Source: a virus
DNA: 29,845 nucleotides
Virus record (IMG/VR): IMGVR_UViG_3300028925_001894
Strand: one strand, 5' to 3'
The translations under genes and the position numbers were made by a program. The notes under the pieces are model-generated. The model had not been told where the DNA came from. It worked only from the letters and a program-made list of their open reading frames with translations, and searched no databases. This document shows positions 22,925 to 29,845 of this stretch, one piece after another; positions within the stretch are counted from its first letter, which is position 1; every line of letters starts with the position of its first letter.

Positions 22925-23251
22925 ATGGCTGATTGTAAGTTTTGCGGTCAACACGTAGCTGATAACGATGAAGCGGGTCAGGATGATAACTGGAACCTTT
23001 TTCATCCTGAATGCAGCCCCACCATTTCCGTTAAGTGGGTGTCTGAGCTATTGCCTAATGGCTGGCTTCTTTATAAAACACACAACACTTTATTCTTCTG
23101 GCATAGAGCCGACTTGAGGGCGCTTGTAATGGATGCTATGCGGGCGCACGAAGTTGCTCACCTAAACCAAGAACAATGGTTAATGGAGTTTAATAGCCAA
23201 ATAGAACAAGCCTCTCATGTCTATAAAACCCCTATAGCCCAGCTTATTTAG
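22925..23251 (+). CDS. hypothetical 108-aa protein with an N-terminal CxxC...HPEC putative zinc site (island gene 3)
   Basis: The ORF starts 1 nt after the previous stop. MADCKFCGQH...FHPEC is the putative zinc site. Confidence 0.5.
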   Translation: MADCKFCGQHVADNDEAGQDDNWNLFHPECSPTISVKWVSELLPNGWLLYKTHNTLFFWHRADLRALVMDAMRAHEVAHLNQEQWLMEFNSQIEQASHVYKTPIAQLI

Positions 23252-23265
23252 TGGGCTTTTTTTTC
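23236..23265 (+). terminator. strong rho-independent terminator, possibly bidirectional
   Basis: AGCCCA-GCTTATTTAG-TGGGCT followed by T8 and a long pyrimidine tract. The stem overlaps the island gene 3 stop. The minus-strand version is followed by ATAGGGGTTTTAT. Confidence 0.7.
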
Positions 23266-23299
23266 TTCTTCTTTTTCTTTTTTCCGATACCGTATGCCA

Positions 23300-23497
23300 T
23301 CAATCTTCATCCTCAATTTCTTCTTCAGTTAATTCGTTTAACCGCAATTCAGCGGCTTCATATAGCCAGCCAAAGTTCTCTTTGTCTTGTGCGTCAGCAT
23401 CTTCAAAAAGCTCATCAAGCAGCTCAATCAAGTTGTCTGGTATTTGCTCTAACTTTACTAGCTCTAATCCCTTGTCCAGCTCTTTAGCCACGTTCAT
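23300..23497 (-). CDS. 65-aa extremely acidic protein
   Basis: The ATG at 23497 (MNVAKELDKG...) has GGAG upstream and overlaps the MuF gene end by 14 nt. By hand count it has 23 Asp/Glu and 5 Lys/Arg. Confidence 0.55.
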   Translation of the reverse strand: MNVAKELDKGLELVKLEQIPDNLIELLDELFEDADAQDKENFGWLYEAAELRLNELTEEEIEDED

Positions 23498-25496
23498 ATT
23501 CTCCTGTTTCAAAGTTAAAGCCTTTGTGTACTTTCAGGCGTCCTTTAGACTTTACCATGGCATCAAGTAAATCTTTAATGTCTGAATCTACTAAATCCTT
23601 CCTTCCCATGTTGTAGAGGGCAAAGTTTTCAGCAAACCATTCTTGGGGGTTCACTTCAGAATACTTTGTGGGGTAAAAAGACTTATTTGTGAATTTACTT
23701 TTTAGCCATTTCTCCATCGGCGGATTTCTAAGGTTCTGTCTCGTTGCGAAATACTGCTGGTGTACGTTATGCCCAAACTCATGGAATATCGTTGTCTTGC
23801 CAAGGTCTGAATTCTTAGCAAAGTAGTCACCTGAATTGAAAGGTCTTTTAGCCTTATCCCCGCCCCTTTTGTATGGATTGGCAATTTTTGGCTGTGAGGC
23901 GGCAACAGCGTCATCAAGTTTCTTTCTTGTAGCGGCTGCGGTTTTTATTGTTTTATTGTAAGCCTGAATTGAAGCGTCCAGCTCTGTGAATTTATTTACT
24001 TTGTCATTGCCAGAGGCCATTGCTTTCCATTCAGCTTTTGTAGCAAGGTAAGTCTCATATTGCGAAACAGATAAACCGTTAAGCTCTTGCAACTTAGCGT
24101 TTAGCTTTAGCTCATCAACAAGTAAGCTGGCCTCACTTGTGTAGGCTTTCTTTCCATATCCGTTATAGATAGACTTATTTAACCCCAGAACACCATCACC
24201 CATGTCAGCAACAGCTTTTTGCTTGGTTGGAACAATGGTTCTAATTCTTGGGACACCAAAAGCCTTAGCCATTTTATCAGTCTCAGCAATAATGGGCTGA
24301 ACAAGTGACAAGGTTTCAGAGGTAAAGTCTTGCAGGTTGTTGTTGCTTACTATTTTTTGGTTGTAGTCCTGATAACTAAGAGTCCTTTGGCGTGAAGCTC
24401 CATGATTAAACCTAGTAGCATAGTTGCCATCAGATGTAAGGACATATCCGGTACTGCTGCTCTGTGTTGAATTTGCAGAGCCTTTAAGGTTTGCTTGTTT
24501 TGTGCGCTCGTCAAAACTCTGCTGAATCTCTTTCTTCTTTCTGATCGGTGGCAATCCAACGGGTATTGATAGGCTTGGCTTGGGCGGCTCTACAATTTCA
24601 GGCTCTGAAACAATATCTTCTTCGTCAAAGACTGGTCGCCAGTGGTGACGGCAATTATAACCACCGCGAACAATAAACGGGTCGCCAGATGATTTACCCT
24701 GCCAGCTTCCAGCCCACGTTTCATCTATTTCTTCATCAGTGAACACCTGCCCAGAGTGTTGCCTACAGAATGGCCTGCTGTCCCTAATAACATCGCCATA
24801 ATACTTCCACTTGGTAGCACCTGTAGACTTACCGATAGCAGTGTTAATGCTGGCGTCAAACTGCATCAGGCTGTCTTGTGCCATCTGGGTACTGTAGCGT
24901 CTAAGGTTATTACCTGCCCTGTCTCTAGCGAACTTGGTGCGTAGCTGTTCAGCCGCTTCCTTTGACGCTGTAGCAGTGCCGTTGTTTACAATATCAACCA
25001 GTCGTTGAGCCTCTACATCATCGCTCTGGATATAAACGCCGTTGATTGTCTGCCGTAGGTTCTTAACAGTATCATTGAAAGACCTGCCAGTTAGCGTTGA
25101 TTGATAAACCTCATTTGCTAGAACATCAAGGTATTCATTCGCAACAGATTCAAAGCCCTGAAAGGATAAAGTCTGTAGCTGATTAATAACGCTAGGGTCT
25201 AGCTTTGTGAAGTCACCATACTGGCCGAGCATATCTTGCGCATCAGTAGCTACCCCGCCATAGCCGCGAACAACTGCGTCAACCTCTGACAAGTAAGCAT
25301 CATCCATAGCTTCCCTCAACTGAGGTCTTGCATTTATAGCCCATTCGGTATCAAACAGCTTCCCACCTTTAAGCGGAGCGTCAGCCATAACATCGGCTAC
25401 GCGCTCCTCTAAGGTCACTAGGGCATCGGATAGGCGTTGCTGGTGTGTATCAGCAAGCTTATCCAATATCTCATCGTACTGGTTATCTGTGGGCAT
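23484..25496 (-). CDS. MuF/SPP1 gp7-type minor head protein with a C-terminal HEFGH gluzincin-like extension
   Basis: aa 240-290 read RPFCRQHSGQVF...GGYNCRHHWRPV (MuF motif). A Pro-rich linker spans aa 297-323. HEFGH is at aa 572-576 and NPQEWFAENFALY at aa 616-628. Confidence 0.75.
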   Translation of the reverse strand: MPTDNQYDEILDKLADTHQQRLSDALVTLEERVADVMADAPLKGGKLFDTEWAINARPQLREAMDDAYLSEVDAVVRGYGGVATDAQDMLGQYGDFTKLDPSVINQLQTLSFQGFESVANEYLDVLANEVYQSTLTGRSFNDTVKNLRQTINGVYIQSDDVEAQRLVDIVNNGTATASKEAAEQLRTKFARDRAGNNLRRYSTQMAQDSLMQFDASINTAIGKSTGATKWKYYGDVIRDSRPFCRQHSGQVFTDEEIDETWAGSWQGKSSGDPFIVRGGYNCRHHWRPVFDEEDIVSEPEIVEPPKPSLSIPVGLPPIRKKKEIQQSFDERTKQANLKGSANSTQSSSTGYVLTSDGNYATRFNHGASRQRTLSYQDYNQKIVSNNNLQDFTSETLSLVQPIIAETDKMAKAFGVPRIRTIVPTKQKAVADMGDGVLGLNKSIYNGYGKKAYTSEASLLVDELKLNAKLQELNGLSVSQYETYLATKAEWKAMASGNDKVNKFTELDASIQAYNKTIKTAAATRKKLDDAVAASQPKIANPYKRGGDKAKRPFNSGDYFAKNSDLGKTTIFHEFGHNVHQQYFATRQNLRNPPMEKWLKSKFTNKSFYPTKYSEVNPQEWFAENFALYNMGRKDLVDSDIKDLLDAMVKSKGRLKVHKGFNFETGEYERG

Positions 25497-26872
25497 TATT
25501 CAGCCTCGTCGTTGAACTGCCCCAATACCTGAGAACCCTGCTCAATCTCTAAATGTGCTTTGGCTAGGTTCTCATCGTCTAATGCTAGGTCAGCAATCGC
25601 TTTATCTATCTCTTGCATTAGGGTCACTGACTTAACGCCGGTAGAACGCATCTGCTGAAGGAATACCAGCTCTTTATCCATGTCACGAACATCAAACGAA
25701 TCAGGGTAGAAGATTTCAACGTCTGGGGTCAGGTCTTGGTAGTCGCACCAAAGGTTCCAAATCTGCTCTTCAGCCAGTTCAAGTATGTCGGCCTTCTCAG
25801 ATAGCTTGGCATTTAACATCTGGAATTCAGTTTGCATTGCTACGCCAGACTGTGTGATTGCCTCTGTACCACGTACAGCGCCCATGTGAGACATTCGGTT
25901 AATGTATTCAACCTTGTCATTAATAGATGCCCTTACTGAGTCTAGGTTCTGACCGCTGGGCTGTATTTGATAGGGCTTCATCGCCGCATCCATATCATCA
26001 GGCATATTAATTACTGCACCTGCTCCAGCACTCGCATCAGTTTCGTAAGTCTTAACCAGTGTGGGGTGGTTACTGATACGGATAAGCTGTTCAATTTCTG
26101 ACAGCTCCTGATAGATAGCACGCTGCATATAGGCCGCATCTGACAGGTCACTGATACCAATAGCCCGAACCACCGAACGGTTAGCAGGTAGAAATACAGC
26201 AGGGATTCTGCCCAGCGGGTTTGGCTCAGTTCTTATGTGCGTTTCCTGTTCATTGATGCTTTTGAATAGCTGAACTTCGTCCTTTGTCCAAATGCGGTAA
26301 TAAACCTCTTTTTCAGTGTCGCTGATTTCCATAATGGATTCACGGACCTTGAAGTAACAAAGCTCATATCGACCAGACGGCATTCTCTCGTATTCCCAGT
26401 CTAGGACGTTCTCAGGCGTAAACATATTTACATATGGGCGAATGTCCTGTCCAAGCTCCTCAGCCTTTGTGCGGGCATTAGACTCGGGCTTATCTACCAT
26501 TATCCAGACATTGCCGTATACGCTCGACCAGACACCAGCTTCCCGCATGAAAGCGTTAAAGCTCCGACCATCTAAGTCAGCATCTTTCAAGAAAGGTGTA
26601 AGAGCGTAGTTACCTGCGGCAGATTGGAATGAACGTGTCGGGGCTTGTCGCCATAAAAAGCTACTGTAAATGTGGACAATGTTCTTGCAGTGGTTATCCA
26701 GTGGCGTTAGGTCAATCCGCCGTCTGTACTCATCTTGGTCTTCATTAATGTACTTGGTCAGGTAGTTGCCATCTTTGTAGTCTTCACCGCCCATATAAGA
26801 GCGAAGATAAAACTCCCAGCGATTTTTGTTATTGTCATATTCTGGGTGTGTATATTCTAGGTCTTTACTCAT
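25496..26872 (-). CDS. portal protein
   Basis: 458 aa between terL and MuF. The ATG at 26872 has GGTGGAG upstream and a TAATG overlap with the terL stop (the track used a GTG at 26881). Confidence 0.75.
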   Translation of the reverse strand: MSKDLEYTHPEYDNNKNRWEFYLRSYMGGEDYKDGNYLTKYINEDQDEYRRRIDLTPLDNHCKNIVHIYSSFLWRQAPTRSFQSAAGNYALTPFLKDADLDGRSFNAFMREAGVWSSVYGNVWIMVDKPESNARTKAEELGQDIRPYVNMFTPENVLDWEYERMPSGRYELCYFKVRESIMEISDTEKEVYYRIWTKDEVQLFKSINEQETHIRTEPNPLGRIPAVFLPANRSVVRAIGISDLSDAAYMQRAIYQELSEIEQLIRISNHPTLVKTYETDASAGAGAVINMPDDMDAAMKPYQIQPSGQNLDSVRASINDKVEYINRMSHMGAVRGTEAITQSGVAMQTEFQMLNAKLSEKADILELAEEQIWNLWCDYQDLTPDVEIFYPDSFDVRDMDKELVFLQQMRSTGVKSVTLMQEIDKAIADLALDDENLAKAHLEIEQGSQVLGQFNDEAE

Positions 26873-28083
26873 TAACTCCACCTTTGTGGTTGGGGTGCTA
26901 TGCGGTCAGTTCTAACTGGGAATAAGTATTCAACCAGATAACCAAGCGCATCGTTCATATGGTCAAAGCCATCCTTATTAGGAACGCTAGTTCCTTCCTT
27001 GTAGGTCTGGCGCTCTAAGGATTCTATTGTTTGTTTACACTTAGGGTCTATCAACAAGTTCCGCTGCCCATCACTGGAAAGCAATCTGGAATTGACCGCG
27101 TTTATTCTATCCCTAACCAGTGCGTGTCTGGTTTTCGCTTTAACTTCAAAGCCTGCGTTCTGTAGTATGCTTAAATCTGTGCGCCCACCTGCGCTAGTCT
27201 TGCGTTGGCGTGAGGCTGGGTCAGGGTAGATGATAACATGTTTGTCGGGATAGCGCGTTCTGATTTCCTGCGCCATCTCTTGCGTGTTACTACCAAACAT
27301 TACTATCTCATCAACAGCAATCAGGGTGTCATGGTGGCGGATACAAACCACCGCACTCATGGGGTCAATGTTAAAGTCCATTCCAATATGCAAAGTGTTG
27401 CAGTCTAGCTCTATCTTGCGCACTGAGGCTTCACGACTAAAGCCGTAGTATATTAGTCCTGAATAGTTTACGAACTGTGCTTGGTATTCCTGCTGAAAGG
27501 TGCGTTCATCAAGGTCAGCTTTAGCAGATTCAATCTCAGCCGCTGGAACATTGCCGCCCTGAATCGTTGTATATTGAAAGCTGTCCCAATCTTCATCACC
27601 GTCTAGCCCTTTGGTGTAGAGGTCATAGAAATGGTTACGCCCTTTAGGTGTGCCGATAAACAGAGCTGAGCCTAGCCTGTCAGATAGGGATGGTCTTATA
27701 ACCTCATACCAAGCCTCTGGGCGCATATCTGCAAACTCGTCAAGGACAACAAAGTCCAAAGCTCGTCCGCGTAGATTGTTTGGCTTCTCGGCTCCTTTAA
27801 GGCTAATGGTGCTGCCGTTAATCAGGCGCATCGTCAGACTGCTTTCGTTTGTCTTGGTCAGGTACTCTGGCGGGATAGTCTGTATTAGCATATCCCAAGC
27901 AATCTCTTTAGCGGAGCCGTAGGTTGGCGCTACGTACCAGCAGTTCTTATTCTTACCACTGATAGCGGCTCGCAGTATCTCCCCAGTAGACAGAAAGGTC
28001 TTGCCGAATCTACGCCCAGCAACAACAGCACGAAAGCGGCTACTGCTAGTGAATATCTCACTCTGAGGTAGTGTCAGTAACAC
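26872..28083 (-). CDS. terL: terminase large subunit
   Basis: Walker A AGRRFGKT, Walker B FVVLDEF, and a C-terminal nuclease-like part (IGMDFN...DHMNDALGY). GTG start, and the exact start is uncertain. Confidence 0.85.
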   Translation of the reverse strand: MLLTLPQSEIFTSSSRFRAVVAGRRFGKTFLSTGEILRAAISGKNKNCWYVAPTYGSAKEIAWDMLIQTIPPEYLTKTNESSLTMRLINGSTISLKGAEKPNNLRGRALDFVVLDEFADMRPEAWYEVIRPSLSDRLGSALFIGTPKGRNHFYDLYTKGLDGDEDWDSFQYTTIQGGNVPAAEIESAKADLDERTFQQEYQAQFVNYSGLIYYGFSREASVRKIELDCNTLHIGMDFNIDPMSAVVCIRHHDTLIAVDEIVMFGSNTQEMAQEIRTRYPDKHVIIYPDPASRQRKTSAGGRTDLSILQNAGFEVKAKTRHALVRDRINAVNSRLLSSDGQRNLLIDPKCKQTIESLERQTYKEGTSVPNKDGFDHMNDALGYLVEYLFPVRTDRIAPQPQRWS

Positions 28084-28531
28084 GACTATCCAAAATAATA
28101 TTGATAGGGGGTATCTCTTGAACCTCAGCTTCTGTTTCTTTCCAGCCTGCCTGAGTCTTTAAATAGAAGATATTGGCGGCAACATTTCCGTCCCTTGCAA
28201 GTTGTATTAGATTATTGCCCATACTCGCGCACTGGCTTACCCTGCCCCTTTTATAAGCCTCAGAAACCTCGGGCTGTCTTTTTTCAGCAGCTCGCAAAGT
28301 GTTCTCACATATACCGAAATAATCAGCTACTTGACCTTTAGTTAATACAGCAGCTAATGCCCCTAACTCAATCAACTGGTCAGGGCTAAAAACAAAGGGC
28401 GGCCTTCCGCCTTCATCTGGATTTACAATATTATCTTGCAAGCTAGAACCTATTTTTATGTTGGGGTGGATTAATTGTAAAGTGTGTTGCTCTGGTTGTC
28501 TATTAAAGGTCTTGCAGGGCAACAAGGCCAA
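28058..28531 (-). CDS. terS: terminase small subunit (HTH type)
   Basis: GGRPPFVFSPDQLIELGALAAVLTKGQVADYFGICENTLR...AANIFYLKTQAGW is a typical small-terminase HTH pattern. The TTG start has no clear SD, so the start is uncertain. Confidence 0.7.
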   Translation of the reverse strand: MALLPCKTFNRQPEQHTLQLIHPNIKIGSSLQDNIVNPDEGGRPPFVFSPDQLIELGALAAVLTKGQVADYFGICENTLRAAEKRQPEVSEAYKRGRVSQCASMGNNLIQLARDGNVAANIFYLKTQAGWKETEAEVQEIPPINIILDSRVTDTTSE

Positions 28532-28727
28532 GGGCTAGGAGGATAAAGGCAATCATATATAGCATGGCGCGGGCTTCTGGTTGGTAAGTTCGCGGGCATT
28601 TTAATAGCTATCATAGATGATTAGAAATGTTGTTTGATGATGCTTTATATATCACTAAAGATATAGGTGGCTCGTTGCGACTACTGGGGAGCCAGACCAG
28701 CTTCAAAGGTCAGGAGGAAACCTTAGT

Positions 28728-28910
28728 CTAAAACCATAACAGCAAAGCTATCAGGATTAATTCGAGTATAACGCACCCTCTGTTCATTGTCACAAAGTCC
28801 TTCTTGAGCCATGCAATAACAGCTTTTCGCTTACTAGGTGAAATAGCTTCATCCGCATACTTGTTAGCCTTATCAATCATCGCCTGCGCCTCTTCTTTAT
28901 TTACTGGCAT
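28728..28910 (-). CDS. 60-aa C-terminally anchored membrane protein
   Basis: The ATG at 28910 (MPVNKEEAQ...) overlaps the upstream gene end. A soluble N-terminal part is followed by the C-terminal TM CVILELILIALLLWF. Confidence 0.45.
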   Translation of the reverse strand: MPVNKEEAQAMIDKANKYADEAISPSKRKAVIAWLKKDFVTMNRGCVILELILIALLLWF

Positions 28911-29260
28911 CTGGTTGTCCCCCATGTATCGGTCTTGCAGCTTGTCCCGTTACTGTGGCGCGTGGTTCCCCAAGCATCGGTCTTTGAAGTTGAGCCGTCA
29001 TTGTATCGGGTAGTTCCCCAACTATCAGTTTTCCAGCTAGTCCCATCAGAGCCGCGTGTAGTTCCCCAAGTATCTGTTTTGTAGGTTGTTCCAGTACGTG
29101 AGTCTCTAGTGTTTCCCCAGCTGTCAGTAGTCATAGTGCCGCTAGTGCCGCCGCAGTTGTAGCGGGTATTGCCCCAGCTATCGGTTTTAGATGTGCAAGT
29201 AGCGTTAGCGCCTGCGGAAATAAAGCAAGCCGTTAATCCAATCAAAATAAATTTATTCAT
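28901..29260 (-). CDS. secreted repeat protein with a signal peptide and six TDxWGxTR repeats
   Basis: The ATG at 29260 has GGAG 9 nt upstream. The signal is MNKFILIGLTACFISAGANA. TD(S/T/A)WG(N/T)TR recurs at aa 26, 45, 62, 78, 94 and 110. The mature part has 4 Cys. Confidence 0.6.
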   Translation of the reverse strand: MNKFILIGLTACFISAGANATCTSKTDSWGNTRYNCGGTSGTMTTDSWGNTRDSRTGTTYKTDTWGTTRGSDGTSWKTDSWGTTRYNDGSTSKTDAWGTTRHSNGTSCKTDTWGTTRCQ

Positions 29261-29351
29261 CGTTGTCATCTCCAAAGTGTGAAGTTGCGTTTAAAACATA
29301 TAAGACATTAAGTAAGACTATTAAGCCAATTAAGCAGTAAGTGAAAATCAT
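29253..29351 (-). CDS. 32-aa membrane peptide (MIFTYCLIGLIVLLNVLYVLN...)
   Basis: Hand-translated small ORF with a hydrophobic core. It overlaps the start of the repeat-protein gene. Confidence 0.3.
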   Translation of the reverse strand: MIFTYCLIGLIVLLNVLYVLNATSHFGDDNDE

Positions 29352-29372
29352 ATTATTCCCCCGATTCTATAT

Positions 29373-29483
29373 TTAGACATTACAAGCCTCTATTATCCCT
29401 GCTAATTCTAGAATACCAGCTACAAATACAAAGCAGCAGCCAAATACCCACAATGTAACCATAAGGCGCCCGAAAGTATCCAT
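29373..29483 (-). CDS. 36-aa membrane peptide (MDTFGRLMVTLWVFGCCFVFVAGILELAGII...)
   Basis: Hand-translated. The ATG overlaps the MazG stop (TAATG). Confidence 0.35.
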   Translation of the reverse strand: MDTFGRLMVTLWVFGCCFVFVAGILELAGIIEACNV

Positions 29484-29791
29484 TAAGAATCATCCTCGAA
29501 ATCAGATTCTTTAACAAAGATGCCGTCAATCATCTTACCCTTGCGGTCTTTTATGTCGTTATAGGCGTGTTCCATGCAATCGCTAAGGGACAGAGCATTC
29601 CTTTCTGCTATGTTAGTTAGAACCACTATAATGTCGCCAATGTCATCAATTACAGAGTTCCCTTGCTTTATGCTTGCCGATAGCTCTGCAACCTCTTCAA
29701 CAAGTTTTTTAAATTGCTGCTTATCTGTCGAGCCTTCAATCAAATTTCTTGCATAATGCCAATGAACTATCTGGCTTTCTAATTCCATCAT
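29483..29791 (-). CDS. mazG: MazG-like nucleoside triphosphate pyrophosphohydrolase, possibly with an 84-aa N-terminal extension
   Basis: KLVEEVAELSASI...DDIGDIIVVLTNIAERNALSL..CMEHAYNDIKDRKGKMIDGIFVKE matches the phage MazG pattern. The frame stays open upstream through 29845 and, by circularity, to the ATG at 297. Confidence 0.8.
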   Translation of the reverse strand: MMELESQIVHWHYARNLIEGSTDKQQFKKLVEEVAELSASIKQGNSVIDDIGDIIVVLTNIAERNALSLSDCMEHAYNDIKDRKGKMIDGIFVKESDFEDDS

Positions 29792-29845
29792 TTTCGTAAT
29801 ACCGAGAAAGCGGCTGGATTCCGAAGGCTCTTGATATATAGGCTT
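29747..29845. repeat. second copy of the 99-bp terminal overlap
   Basis: Identical to 1..99. Confidence 0.9.

Noticed and set aside
23251-23487. A plus-strand ORF beginning MGFFFFFFFFFPIPY.
   Set aside because: It starts in the T-run of the terminator and then reads antisense through the acidic-protein gene. The poly-Phe run is just the translated U-tract.
28648-28665. The inverted repeat TATATC-N6-GATATA and TGATATATA upstream of terS, considered as a late promoter or operator.
   Set aside because: The arms are only 6 bp long in AT-rich sequence, there is no convincing -35, and the final base of the -10 does not fit. This is too weak to call without transcript data.
28901-29185. Tandem DNA periodicity of about 48 nt, which could be mistaken for a CRISPR or satellite array.
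   Set aside because: The repeats are imperfect, contiguous without spacers, and in frame within an ORF. They encode the TDxWGxTR protein repeats.
29225-29260. A lipobox-like LTAC in the signal peptide of the repeat protein, suggesting an o-spanin-like lipoprotein.
   Set aside because: The Cys sits only 12 residues from the Met and is followed by more hydrophobic residues and an ANA|T signal peptidase I site. The protein is about twice the usual o-spanin size and lies far from the lysis cassette. This is left as an alternative reading only.

Overview
The window looks like a complete, circularly closed genome of a small tailed phage. Bases 1-99 are identical to 29747-29845, so the unique length is 29746 bp. 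Gene order is siphovirus-type (tail tube, G/GT chaperone, tape measure, no sheath). Almost everything is on the minus strand. Read in the direction of transcription: (1) an early promoter at 7388-7416 drives small ORFs, Erf annealase, YqaJ exonuclease, SSB, a Cro-like HTH protein, a 330-bp non-coding gap, a winged-HTH protein, NinB, an HTH-metallophosphoesterase fusion, a Zn-ribbon protein, DUF3310 and NinG. (2) A second copy of that promoter at 1126-1154 drives small and membrane ORFs, then, across the circular junction, MazG and a membrane/secreted cluster. (3) The structural genes follow: terS, terL, portal, a MuF protein with a C-terminal HEFGH domain, scaffold, capsid, connectors, tail tube, G/GT, tape measure and tail-tip genes including a GNAT and a J-like protein, then fibres. 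(4) The strand ends with a TM protein, a GTA-type holin, an M15 endolysin and a terminator at 7427-7452. The only plus-strand unit is a three-gene island of unknown function (22223-23251) sitting in the middle of the head module. It is driven by a third copy of the early promoter/leader cassette and closed by a strong terminator. I saw no integrase, CI-type repressor, DNA polymerase, primase, helicase, tRNA or CRISPR. All functional calls come from motifs read by eye in the supplied translations, with no database search. The most interesting items are the triplicated promoter-leader cassette with a conserved UNCG-hairpin junction, the opposite-strand early island, the MuF protein fused to an anthrax-LF/PPEP-1-like HEFGH...EWFAENF module followed by a net -18 acidic protein, a secreted 6x TDxWGxTR repeat protein, and a GNAT plus a CBM-like insertion in the tail-tip module.
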